A DNA stretch of 64,000 nucleotides. It comes from Eledone cirrhosa (taxonomy: Eukaryota). Made by a program: the position numbers and the translations under genes. Positions 14,560 to 27,573 of this stretch are shown here, one piece after another. The stretch's first letter is position 1, and every line of letters begins with the position of its first letter. The notes beneath the pieces are model-generated. The model was not told the DNA's origin, searched no databases, and saw only the letters and a program-made list of their open reading frames with translations. The stretch spans positions 21,390,001-21,454,000 of the forward strand of contig OZ024758.1 of the NCBI GenBank assembly GCA_964016885.1, in the 5' to 3' direction.

Positions 14560-15400
14560 ACTTGTGAACCCCTCTTCACCTTTTTAACTGAGATGTTTAA
14601 CAATATTGAGATATTAATCCAGGACTCCTTTTGATACGGCCAGTCATTCCCGATATTTTGTCGATAATAGACTTTAGCAAAAAATATTGAGTCAGTTGTT
14701 GAGAGATACCATCTAAAACCAAATAGCGAGTCATTTATATTTGTTTCATAAACATCATTTATTTGTATCATGACAATCTTTGCCAGTATCCGATACATGT
14801 AGGCTCCGATAAACAACCCACGTTAATTCCTTCTAATGTTGAACAGACCCCTTCGTATGCAAACATGTTATGCTGGCATGTAGCCATGAGGTTGTTGTAC
14901 TCACAAACGAACGTATCAAATTAAATAGCGTGAGCTACACATGGAGGAGTTGCTTGCTTAAATTATATTCCAAGCCTTCAGTCTTCAGCTTGTCTGTCCA
15001 GTGGCTTTGTTATATTTGACTGTCTTCCAGACATGCTATATATCCTCTACTATTGGTGGATCTTCATTCACTGGAACTTTAAATATGGGAAATTCTCTGC
15101 TTGAGCTCATTCTGTTCGTATTTCAAGCTGTGGTACGCATCCTGCTTTATGTTATTTCAAATTATCTCTTAGCTTTTGAAATGGAAAGTCTGCCTTTACG
15201 AAGTCTTTCTCCACCTCTCTCGACATAACTGTACAGTTAATGTTTTGAGCAAGTTCAGAGTTGTATCCATTGTTCAGTACTTTTTATCTCACTTTAATTT
15301 TGTTCTGTTTCTTCCTTACTTCTATCGGATTATTTGTTGTCCCCCAATTCTTTCACAAGATCAAACAGTTGTTTGTATTCCCACGGTTCTTCTTTATCAA
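14560..15400 (-). pseudogene. Decayed non-LTR retrotransposon ORF2 (reverse transcriptase region)
   Basis: Minus-strand peptide YRILAKIVMIQINDVYETNINDSLFGFRWYLSTTDSIF resembles the RT QxGFRxxRSTTDxIF motif; upstream NEDPPIVEDI and TDKLKTEGLE resemble the pre-RT PPTxxEI and GxDxxxxExLK motifs; many stops and frameshifts. Confidence 0.65.
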
Positions 15401-15469
15401 GTGTTCCAATATGGTGAAGGGGGGGGGGCGTGTTCCTAAAGACTTCCTCACTCTATCTCTTATCATTTT

Positions 15470-15670
15470 ATTCAGTTCATTCATAGCATTACATTCATAT
15501 CATTACTATTCATATCATTACATTCATATCATTACATTCATATCATTACAGTCATATCATCACATTCATATCATTAAATTCATATCATTACATTCATATC
15601 ATTACATTCATATCATTACATTCATATCATTACATTCGTATCATTACATTCATATCATTACAATCATATC
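15470..15670. repeat. 14-bp minisatellite (CATTACATTCATAT)n, ~14 copies
   Basis: Direct inspection. Confidence 0.92.
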
Positions 15671-17550
15671 CTTGCTATTTACCCACCTCATCAAGTAGGT
15701 TTGGTGGGGTTGCCGGTTTAGTCGCCGGCCACCCGACCATGCAAAGGTTGTACTGAGATACCTGGTAATGTTTTATCTCCAAACTTCTTTACTGTGTTGA
15801 ATGGCTTTCACACCATTTTCAATCTTTGTATTTCTATTTTAATAAAGATCCTTAATTTAGTTAATCGCTGGGTATAATCCTATCACATACCTTTAATACA
15901 ATTTTGGTATAGCAAATTCTCAGAATTTTCAGGAAAAGAAGATATATGTATCTCAGTTACATAACTGTATATTACTCCAAAATATATATAATATGAGACT
16001 CCATATAATAGTTCACTATTTAGATCATTTATTTAATGCGTCTCCACCTCGTAGAAATCATTCCTGGTCAATCTATTCTCATGAAACTGAGAATTTTACG
16101 CTAATCAATCTTGAATGATGTGTGCAGAGGTTTCAAGGTTATGCGGTTTCAAAGTCCAGCTCTATTTCAAAGAGGTTTCAAAGTTATGCGATGTTTCATA
16201 GAGCTGGGGCGATCCATTGTATAATTAAAGAATAAATATTTATGATTCCACGAGCAAACGTCAGCTCATAACATAGAGTAGGGATTCTTAACTTTATATA
16301 TTTCAAAATAGCTTATACAATACAAGTAAGGAGGAGATCTACTAATGATCAAATCAACGTTATCGCTAGTTTATAAGAACAATGTGTATTTTGTTGAATG
16401 AAGGGGGGATAAAGAACTACAGGAGAACTGACAGTGTGATTTATAAAAATAAATTGAAGCACATATCGAATGAATTCATATTATTATTGGACGTATAATT
16501 TGCAGTAAATATTTAACCAATAATTACATTTGCGGGTACAATCGATAAATGCATATAATCTTAGGATTCAATTATGTCACGTGGTATTCCTACGGTGATT
16601 TACATCAAGTGTCTTTTAATTTAATTATTTAAAAATCAATTCAAATATTCTTTAACTAGGAGGCCATATTGTGAAACAAGTTGGAATAGTAAAACACATA
16701 TTCAATATTAAATTAAGAAGTTGTGTATGTATTTGCATATTTATATAATAAATTCAATAATACACCTAGAAATACTAGAGATGATCATAACGCCCGTAGC
16801 ATGTCTCTGCTTCCTCAGGGAAGGTATTCGATTCTGCTTGTTTAATCTACGTAACGCGTATTAACTGCCAACAGCAGGACTGTCTATTGTAGCTTATCGA
16901 ATAAAATGAATAATTTATGAACAACTCTACTATATAATGTATAATGTTTAGAGGTTCGTCTCTCGCTAGGTCTTAAAACTAAACAGTATTTGAACGAACG
17001 GAAAATATTCTACCTTGTTGCTTGTCTTGATAGATGTAGCCAAATCGCTTTCGAATCCCATTCTGTCATCTTAAATACACATGTGATTTTATGGTTGTAC
17101 ATTAACGTTTAGCTAAGGTATTATAAATATATCAACCGGTAATAAATAAGATAATTATTTCTATTTTAGGCACAAAGATATTTATTTGAAAGGGAAATAT
17201 CCTCGTATCTCATAATCTGTCATAATACATAAAACGCATTTTAATAATCAAAACCAAACTAATCCTAGGATTCAAAATCGTTCATATGTCCTTTTAATAT
17301 GGCGCATATAACATTCGAAAAACTACATTCATAGAGATATCCAGTTTTAGTTCCAAATACTTCGGCAGTATTTAAGTCCAAATATTCAATACGTTGGTCA
17401 AAAGTAATTAATTCAGCGTCATTTGGTATCTAATTTTCTAGGATGTATCCTATTAATTCTCACAATGAAATAGTAATTACACGACTGGAAGGCATTGCTG
17501 CAGGACAAACAAAGCTTTCATATCATAATATATCGTATCATATGATATTA

Positions 17551-17592
<42 letters not shown>

Positions 17593-17598
17593 TGTATG

Positions 17599-17777
17599 TC
17601 ATCATCATCATCATCATCGATTAATGCCCATTTTCAACGCAGCTTGGGGTAGACGGGTCCTATTTTAAGGCACGCTGTGTCGGGTGACCGTGTCTCGCTC
17701 GAACAGGGGTGTTTCTGGCTGGTATTCTACGGCTGGATGTCCTTCCTAACGCCAACCACATATACAGTGTGGGCTGC
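17599..17777 (-). mobile_element. SINE 3' part with RTE-related/Ceph-like domain and (GAT)n tail
   Basis: Minus strand reads GGTTGGCGTTAGGAAGGACATCCAGCCGTAGAA...TTAATCGATGATGATG, a motif recalled from RTE-dependent cephalopod SINEs. Confidence 0.65.
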
Positions 17778-18107
17778 AAATTGAAGATCTGTTCAGATTG
17801 CGACCAATTATTACACACGTAGCAGTTGGCAGTGCTAAACCGGCTTATATATTCTCTACCATCAACTTACTATTCCGTATGCTTGAACCAGAATACAAAG
17901 TGATGGACCGGCTCAAATACTGCACACAACCTCGTCTAAGGCTCTAACAGTACACACTCATTTGACCATACTGGGCTTGTAGATCATTTTATCGAAGCCT
18001 AACTAACGATAGGCAACGTTGACATCGGTGGAACGTCAATTCAGTTCGCAGTATGTCGGATAAATTATCATAACGCATTTTGCCCTACGCTTAATTGGCA
18101 TTGCATA

Positions 18108-18357
18108 TTTATATATATAAAAACGAAAATGTTTGTCTGTATGCAGGCGATGTATTTACACAGTTTCTATCCGATTTTGTTCAAATTTGATACATAGGTT
18201 ATTTAGTTCTCATAGCATGTAAACATATAGTTTAAATCCTGCTCTTCTCTAAATTCAGCAGAGTTCTTGGGCCATGTAAAGACTGCTCTGTTGGTGAGAG
18301 AGGGGATCTTTATTTACAGTGGCGAAAGGTGTGTCGGGCAACGAGTTCTTTTGCTAG
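18108..18357 (+). mobile_element. Second non-autonomous Helitron-like element (decayed)
   Basis: Start A|TTTATATATATAAAAACGAAAATGTTTGTCTGT, internal CCGATTTTGTTCAAATTTG, end CGGGCAACG...TGCTAG|T; same layout as 350-702. Confidence 0.65.
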
Positions 18358-18910
<553 letters not shown>

Positions 18911-19659
18911 GTTTTCTCCAGAGAGGAAAATATTGCCGATTGTACTGTTTAAGATTTCATGTTTACTGGTATTACGGTTGAGCGGTAGAGGAAGGTGAAG
19001 TTAAGGTATATTTAATGATATCTCCTGTTGTATGGAAGATGGATTGTTTACAATTGCAGTATATTGGAATGCCAAATCAAACAACGGGAGATAAACAGAT
19101 TTATATTGTGAATAAAACGTTCATTAAATTCTCTTTGATTACCAAGACAGTTCTTCTACAAAATTATAACTGAAACTTGATTTATCGAGATTCGATCAAT
19201 TTGAATTGAGAATCATTATTTAATGAAATAGACGGCGAAACCATAATATATGAATTGAATTAAAAAAATGATAAAAAGCAATTCATGTAAATGCAATAAG
19301 AAAACAAATATAAAAAAAAACACACCACTTCGCTATCAACGAAAACAGAATTTAAATGGAAAACCGTAACAAATATATAATTTTAAATTTACAACATTCT
19401 CAAACTGAAAGAGAAATAATATTGAAAAGAGAATTAAGCAGATAGCGAAAACAACAATAATAATGACAATAATAACAATAATAATAATAATGATTATAAT
19501 ATTAATATCATAGAATCCTTTGTATTATCAAATTGGGAAGTAAAAGAAAAGTTTGTAGTATTATGGATTAATGCAGAAATTTCATAACATCATTGAAATT
19601 GATTTCAACATCTGTTATGATAGAAATATGCAGGTGATAATGAAAGAAATTGGCTACGG

Positions 19660-20210
19660 TCTTGGCGGTGGTGGTGGTGGTGGGCGGGGGGGGGGGGGTC
19701 GAAGGGGGCGGATGGTGGTGATGTCGAAGAGGATGATGTTGACGATGATGATGTGCCGGATTTTAATTATTATGAGGCTGTGGAGAAGGACGAAGAAGTG
19801 CATAGCGACTATGATGAACGATGGTGGTGATGATGATGACGACGATGATGCTGATGATGATGGTGATGATGATGATGATGATGATGATGATGGCGGTGGA
19901 GATGTAGACGATGGTGATGTTGAAGATGATGAGGATGATGATGTTGATGATGATGATGATGATAATGATGATGAGGTGAAGAAGAACGAAGAATTGTATA
20001 GCGACTATAATGACGATAGTGGTGGTGATGATGATGATGATGATGAAGATAATGATGACGATCATTTGGTGAAGAGGAGAAAGGATTGGATAGCATGACT
20101 ATGAGGACGATGGTGTTGGTGATGTTTATTGTGGTGGTGGTGGTGGTGATGGTGGTAGTGATAATGATAATGGGAGTGGTGTTATTGCTGGTGGTGGTTG
20201 TGGTGATCAT
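19660..20210. repeat. (GAT)n/(GGT)n low-complexity tract with ~3 degenerate higher-order units
   Basis: GAAG(G/A)ACGAAGAA(G/T)TG(C/T)ATAGCGACTAT recurs near 19785 and 19981, degenerate near 20070. Confidence 0.85.
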
Positions 20211-20290
20211 AGCTTCTATAAAAACCATAATATATCTCTTTAACATCCGGTATACCAGATAAGGTACCCTCAAACCATCTTTTATTTAAC

Positions 20291-20431
20291 GCTGGTCGTC
20301 CCAAGAAGACATACGTCAAGCTACTTGAGGACGATACTGGATGCACTGCGGAAGAATTGGCAAACGCTATGAGAGATGGATGGAGGAAACGTGTCGTAGA
20401 AAGCCAAGCAAGCTCGACCTGATGATGATGA
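20291..20431 (+). mobile_element. RTE-clade LINE extreme 3' end (second family) with (TGA)n tail
   Basis: In-frame AGRPKKTYVKLLEDDTGCTAEELANAMRDGWRKRVVESQASST* (20291-20422) followed by TGATGATG. Confidence 0.8.
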
Positions 20432-20448
20432 TATATATATATATATAT

Positions 20449-20700
20449 TTAAGAGTTAAACAAGGTTCAATGAATACATCAAAGAATGAGTTATACAATA
20501 TATTGGAAGCACTCAACTGTAGAAATGTTTTCCAGAGTTATTAATATTAATTCAAAATATTAACAAAATAGATATTATTGTGATCAATTATATTTTATTA
20601 TACATATTTTATTATACTTAACTCAGTACCTCTGAAATATGTATAATAAAATATAATTGATCAAAAGAATATCTATTTTGTTAATATTTTAAATTAATAT
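20449..20700 (-). mobile_element. (TA)n-embedded palindrome-head element (family P3)
   Basis: 66-bp inverted arms 20544-20609 / 20635-20700 (3 mismatches); minus-strand tail contains ACTCTGG...GTTGAGTGCTT; (TA)n on both sides. Confidence 0.65.
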
Positions 20701-20956
20701 ATATATATATATATATATATTTCGTTTCTGAAAGTATAACAATATATATATATATATTTAAAAAATATAGAGGTGTGACACATGAGTTGTGATATATTAG
20801 TAAAAAGGAAAAGAAAATGTTGACAATTTTTTCCCAGTGAAAAATAGTTTAATTAGGAAAAAGTATAAATTAGTAATAAGTATTGGTTAGTATTCAGTTT
20901 TAGTTTTCAGTGTTCACCGGTTGCGCATTTCTAATGCTTTTCAAAAATAATTTTGA

Positions 20957-21017
20957 GATAGAGCGCTCGTGATGTTTGCCCTAATCTGATTAGAGCAAAC
21001 ATCACGAGCGCTCTATC
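20957..21017. repeat. Hairpin palindrome, 30-bp arms, 1-nt loop
   Basis: GATAGAGCGCTCGTGATGTTTGCCCTAATC-T-GATTAGAGCAAACATCACGAGCGCTCTATC (1 mismatch). Confidence 0.95.
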
Positions 21018-21176
21018 CGGTTATTTCATTTCTGCCAACAACTTACTGGCGAAACAGATCACTTTGTGTTATATAGTTATAGAGGTATTTATTTACGCTT
21101 GAATTTATATTTTTAATTATCGTTATAGGTTATAGATTCCATACACAGGTGGTTTTTCCCTGTTTTATTGATAGCG

Positions 21177-21498
21177 CACTGTATCTCTCTCTAGTGTGTT
21201 ACCTTTTCAGCATATTGTATTTTAAAGAGCTCATGATTTCCTCTCCTTTGAGCACATTATTTACAGGGAACGGCGAGAGTCTATGGTTCCGTTAATGTAT
21301 CGTGCTATTTCGCTCCTTATAACAGTCTTTTCTCTTTCTCTGGTTGGTTGAGCACACTTCTCTGAGTGGTTTTGGGCTGCCCTTTCTAGCAGCTTGTCCC
21401 TCAGAGGCCACTTGTTCACTGCCCTTAAACACGCTGTAACTTCTCTCTCCCAAGTGTAGCCCACTGTATCTCTCTCTAGTGTGTTACCTTTTCAACAT

Positions 21499-21505
<7 letters not shown>
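21177..21505 (+). repeat. 44-bp direct repeats flanking ~240 bp, ending in (TA)n
   Basis: CACTGTATCTCTCTCTAGTGTGTTACCTTTTCA(G/A)CATATTGTAT at 21177-21220 and 21462-21505. Confidence 0.9.
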
Positions 21506-21555
<50 letters not shown>

Positions 21556-21729
21556 CAAATGAATCAGGATTAACACTTAACACGAATAAACTATACAATA
21601 GGGTTTTATTCCAACCATTAATATATGTTTCATTGCCTAGTATGTAATCGAATGCATCGTAAATCCACTATCTATAATGTTATTGTGAAATTTAGTTTTA
21701 AATACTGCTTATACCAGGCAAATTATCGA

Positions 21730-21883
21730 CTGTCCCTTCTATCTATCTAATTTCTCATTCTTTCTTCTGATGAAGGCCTAGCGTCCGATACGTTAAGACC
21801 CTCTTCGTGCTATTTCAAGCGTTAACTTAATATATTCCTTCCATATACTGTACTGCTTTTGTTGTTATTTTTTGTTTACCTTT

Positions 21884-21886
<3 letters not shown>
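21730..21886 (+). mobile_element. Family D short repeat with degenerate minimal hammerhead motif
   Basis: TCTT-CTGATGA-AGGCCTAGCGTCC-GATA-CGTT-AAGA at 21763-21798; aligns with 7371-7522(-); ends in (TA)n. Confidence 0.7.
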
Positions 21887-21920
<34 letters not shown>

Positions 21921-22110
21921 ATGTGTGTGTGTGTATCTATATATGTATGCATGTATGTATGTGTATTTATATGTCGAAACAGTATATATATGACCTCTGC
22001 CATTATATCTTATTGTAATAGTCTAACTACTTTCAGATTGTCTTAATTGTCTTTAATACTGGAATCACGTCTATCCAATTATATATTTTGCTCTAACTAT
22101 ATATATATAT

Positions 22111-22236
<126 letters not shown>

Positions 22237-22381
22237 TTATATATATAACTTGTATTTCACTGCTCAGTAATGCCTCTGTCTTTGAGCTGATTAATTGTAA
22301 ACGACTATGAGTTTAATCTCTAAATATAATATATATATATATATATATATAAAGAGAGAGAGAGAGAGAGAGATAGAAAGA

Positions 22382-22447
<66 letters not shown>

Positions 22448-22724
22448 TGTATATATACATTTACGCCCGCACATATATACGTGTATATATACTATATATG
22501 CTATGTATATATATATATATATGGTTGCGATTTAAAGCTTTTGTTTCTTGAATAGGAACCGCTATTCATTTGAAGGAATTTTATTACACGGTTTTTAATA
22601 GTTGAAAACATAAGATTCATTTTCTTTCAAATTTCCCATTTTAGAAATGAAAACGTTTAAATATGTAGTTACACACCTACCCTCTCAGATACACACCATT
22701 ACATACCTTGCACGCGCACAGACA

Positions 22725-22766
<42 letters not shown>

Positions 22767-22795
22767 ATGTATGTATATATACACGTGTATGTATC

Positions 22796-22869
<74 letters not shown>

Positions 22870-22929
22870 CATACACACACATATGTATAAATATATATAT
22901 ATATGTATATACATACATACACACACATC

Positions 22930-22979
<50 letters not shown>

Positions 22980-23129
22980 CATACACACACATATGTATAA
23001 ATATATATATATATGTATATACATACATACACACACATCTATATATACATATATATATATATACATATATGTATATGAATATGTATTTATATACATATAT
23101 ATATATGTATATATACATATTTATATACA

Positions 23130-23196
<67 letters not shown>

Positions 23197-23271
23197 TTAT
23201 AGTTATATGTGTACATCTGTGGATATATATGTACATATATATATAAACATATATATATATATACATATATA

Positions 23272-23317
<46 letters not shown>

Positions 23318-23393
23318 TATACATATATATATACATATACATATACATATATATATGAACATATAGATATGGATATACAAATATGTATACATG

Positions 23394-23450
<57 letters not shown>

Positions 23451-23465
23451 ATATTATATATTATA
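22725..23465. repeat. Compound (TA)/(CA) microsatellite with an internal ~110-bp tandem duplication
   Basis: CATACACACACATATGTATAAAT...CATACATACACACACATCT block occurs twice (near 22870 and 22980). Confidence 0.9.
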
Positions 23466-24449
23466 TATTTACCACCGTGTCTATTGTTCCTCATTCTCTA
23501 TTGCCAACCATTTCACACGTTACTCACACTTATTTAACTTAACATCGCATTTTTCTCATTTTTCTCTCGCATTTATATCTTTATCATATTTTCTTATCTT
23601 ATTCATTACAGTTTCTTACGCCCCTGCCATCAACACACATATACATAAAACACCATCATACATATACAAACACATAGCCACACCTCTCATATAATTACAC
23701 ACATCTTTCCTCCTGTCTGCCGAATGAACACACCTGCGAGATTCCTCGTTTTACTTTTCTCCCCCATTTTAATATGTTCTTTTTTGTTCTACATATATTT
23801 CATTCCTTTTGTTCTATAAATTTTTCTTCATCCCGTCTTTTCATTCATTCAATTCTGTATTTATTCATTCTTTCTGTCTTGCTTCCATTTATAACATTTA
23901 TTTTCCTTCATTTTATATATTTCGTTTATCTCCATCTACATCCTTCCTTTTTTTCTTTTAAATCTCTTCATCACATTTTTTCATTCTATATAATAGCCTC
24001 TCATTTTTTTTTTTGTTTCTTTCGTTTCGCCAAATCGAATAAAATATTTCAAGATTAATTTTCACTTATTGATTTCTTTGTTTTCACCATAAATGGGGAG
24101 ATATATTTGGTAGGGTAGTGTATAGGGAGCGAGTGCCATAGAACTGGTATCGTCTGTCTAACATGTATCTATCTCTTCAAGTATAATTAAGAAGCAAGTA
24201 AAGTGAAATGTCTATGGTACGGAAACTGAACCCCCGTCGCTGTTTTTGTCAGCCTTGCGAGGGTCCAACACTTTCTTCTATAGATATCACTAAATCAATT
24301 ATCACGTTTCTGTTTCGCACTAAGGCATTCTTCACTTATTTCCTCATTCATCTTATACTAGCAACAGTAGCATAGACGATAGGATGTAGGATGAACGCAG
24401 TGTAGATTAGTCAGATGCTACAACCCTGTTTCAAATTACCTTCACACAA

Positions 24450-25012
<563 letters not shown>

Positions 25013-25237
25013 ATTATTAGACATATTTGGTTAGAAAATCAGCATTTCACGACTTGCCATGGATTAGCCGTACTTTCGTCACTCCCTTTGCCCTACACTA
25101 CTTACCGATATAACATAAAGATAGAAAACAATTCGTTGAATATCACATCAAGATAAATGGAAATTTCCGGGCATTTTAATGTTTAACAATGCATGAATAG
25201 CTTTCAAAGAACTTATACTTCCCTGTAAAATAAAAAT

Positions 25238-25420
25238 ATAATTGTTTCTACTTTTGACACAAGGCATGCAATTATTCAGTACATTACTGGTACTTTATTT
25301 TATCGATCCCGTAAGGATGAAAGGCAAAGTTAACCTCGACGGGATTTGAACTCAGACCGTAAAGGGACGTATCTATGCTAGAAAGCATGGCATCTGACCC
25401 TCTACTGCTAGTTCACCACC
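25238..25420 (-). mobile_element. SINE-A short form
   Basis: Consensus match. Confidence 0.9.
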
Positions 25421-25852
25421 CCTTATAATGGTGCAGAACATGTAACATGTAGCATCGTCCTCGCTACCCTAAATAGGGTATATTCTTTTCAATATGTTAG
25501 TTCAAATGCAAGTCCCACCACTTAGCGGAAATTATTTAGACTGACTAAAGTGTTGGGGTATGTAGACTGTTTGTGATTAACATTTTACAGACGTGCCAAC
25601 CTCTAAAATCCAAGACGAGGAGTTCCATGCAACGTAACATTTAGAGCAGTGTTATTAATTTTTTCTACGTTTTTATATATAGTGTAGCCTTACTAGTGGT
25701 TTACGTTTTATGTTTGGTATAGGTAATACGTTTATAAAAGTTCTTTGTTTTATTTTCCATTAGCACCTTCAAAGTATAATTAAGGACAATTAGGTGAGAG
25801 AATAAGTAAACTTAAATTATTGTACAGAGGATCAATTCGGAAATGGTTATGC

Positions 25853-26049
25853 AAAGTCGTACCGACCTTTAATAACCCAAACAGGGAGTACCATGAAAAA
25901 AAACTGCCCAAACCAGGGAGAAATGAGGTAAAATTGGAGAAATTTTACATAATGAAATCTATACCTATTTTCACAAGTGAAGACATTTTTTACTCATCCC
26001 AAAGTGAGCGAGAGATCTTTCCGTCCGACGGGGCGTGTTGACAGGTCTA
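25853..26049 (+). mobile_element. MITE family F (TIR CAGACCTGCCAAC...GTTGACAGGTCT), empty copy; left-end fragment also at 25588-25630
   Basis: Aligns with 32464-32557, 48798-49171(-) and 60103-60165. Confidence 0.75.
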
Positions 26050-26765
26050 ATTTCACCAGTCTGACTGATAGCCACACGAAACCAAACTATTTATCACAAG
26101 TTGCAGGCTTAATAACAATTATAATTAATTCAGACATACTCGATAATGATGCTTTCATTCCACCGCAATAAATATTTTATTTCCTACTTTCGAAGCTATT
26201 TAATTTTCCACAGTGTTTTAAGATAAATACACATTTTTAACTGCCAATTTATTCATGTTGTATTTTCTAATAAATTAGCTACTAACATTTCGCTGTGTCT
26301 AAAAAGCAATATAATAATTGCAAAATTATGTAAACGCTTCTGTCTACGAACGAAGATAACGTATTAAAATTAGATTAACATTGCGAATAAGTATACTACA
26401 CATACAGAGGATTTTAGTTCAGCAATGCCGCAGGATAAACATAAGCTCTTAGTCAGATTCGATATCTGATTTCAGTAATTTCGTATAACATATATCTCTA
26501 CTACCACGAGGAAAGAATTAATGTTATAGCATTCAATTCCTTTAACATAATATAAAATGGATATTTCTGTCTCTGTTAGAAACAAATGTAATATTCCGTA
26601 TTTTCTGCATCGTATTTAATAGTCACAAGCATGAAGAAGGTCCACTGTTCGGTTGGTGATATATCTACTACACATCTCTCGCGCTCTCTCTCTCTCTCTC
26701 TCTCTCTATCTCTATCTCTATCTCTCGCTCTCTCGCCACACACATATATATATATATAAATATAT

Positions 26766-26936
26766 ATATTTAATATAGAAATGGCTTCTACAGGGCTAGA
26801 ACTGTTTCATTCGAGAGAATGAAACAGTTTTACTCCTGTAGAAGCCATTTCTATATTAAATATTTATACTCTGCTATGTATTGAGTACCTTACTTACTGT
26901 GGTTACCAACCCCGATTGTTGAACCCGGGATAAACT

Positions 26937-26938
<2 letters not shown>
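26766..26938 (+). mobile_element. Palindrome-head (TA)n-embedded element, family P1
   Basis: 47-bp arms 26766-26812 / 26817-26863 (3 mismatches), loop GAGA, then tail TTATACTCTGCTATGTATTGAGTACC...GAACCCGGGATAAACTTA. Confidence 0.8.
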
Positions 26939-26971
<33 letters not shown>

Positions 26972-27011
26972 ATGTGTGTGTGTGTGCGTGTGCGGGTGCG
27001 TGTGTGTGTGA

Positions 27012-27208
27012 GTCTCGAGTTCAAACAGGGGTACCCACTGTAAATAAAGTACTGAATACATTAGTAGAGTGTAACAACAAATTTAATATATAAATGGCTT
27101 CTACAGGACTAGAGCTGTTTCATTCTCAGGAAACCATCAGGATAGACGATTTTCTTCGATTGAAACACTTCTAGTCCTGTTGAAGCCATTTCTATATTAA
27201 ACTTGTTA
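27012..27208 (-). mobile_element. Palindrome-head element, P1-related, reverse orientation
   Basis: 50-bp arms 27076-27125 / 27158-27207 homologous to the P1 arms; 32-nt loop; minus-strand tail ACTCTACTAATGTATTCAGTACTTT. Confidence 0.75.
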
Positions 27209-27270
27209 TATATATATATTAGAATTGGTGCTCAAACATTCATGATTTTCAGCAAACAGGTGGAGTACTT

Positions 27271-27315
27271 AGCTTTGATAAGTACCCAAAGGTAAGAAAC
27301 AGAGCTCTGTCAGCT
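27271..27315 (+). ncRNA. Degenerate type-I hammerhead ribozyme
   Basis: AGCT-TTGATAA-GTACC-CAAA-GGTAA-GAAA-C-AGAGCTCT-G-TC-AGCT: stems I, II and III and the GUC site are present; 3 substitutions from canonical; stem I extended by TTCAGCAAACAGG/CCTGTTTGCTGAA. Confidence 0.7.
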
Positions 27316-27573
27316 TTATATCCCCTGTTTGCTGAACATTTAAAGTAAGTGAGACTGTCACTACTCTAAAACAAAAGCGTAAGGTCTTCGAAATGCTTTT
27401 AATTAAGCATACAGTGTATTGCAAAATACACTATATATATACATTCATATATATATATCTCTATATATATAGTTTAATATGGTAATATGGACGAAACAAG
27501 AGAAGAAATCCTTCATCAGCTGTAAACGGTAGATCATAGATGTTTCGGCGCTTATATATATACATATATGTAT

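Noticed and set aside
19571-20273. Asp-rich, His-rich and Ile-rich ORFs
   Set aside because: Three readings of a (GAT)n/(GGT)n tract; no domain or splice evidence
27485-27552. Minus-strand CTGATGAAGGA...TCC and GAAACAT motifs
   Set aside because: Order and pairing do not build a hammerhead; no GAAA after the putative stem II
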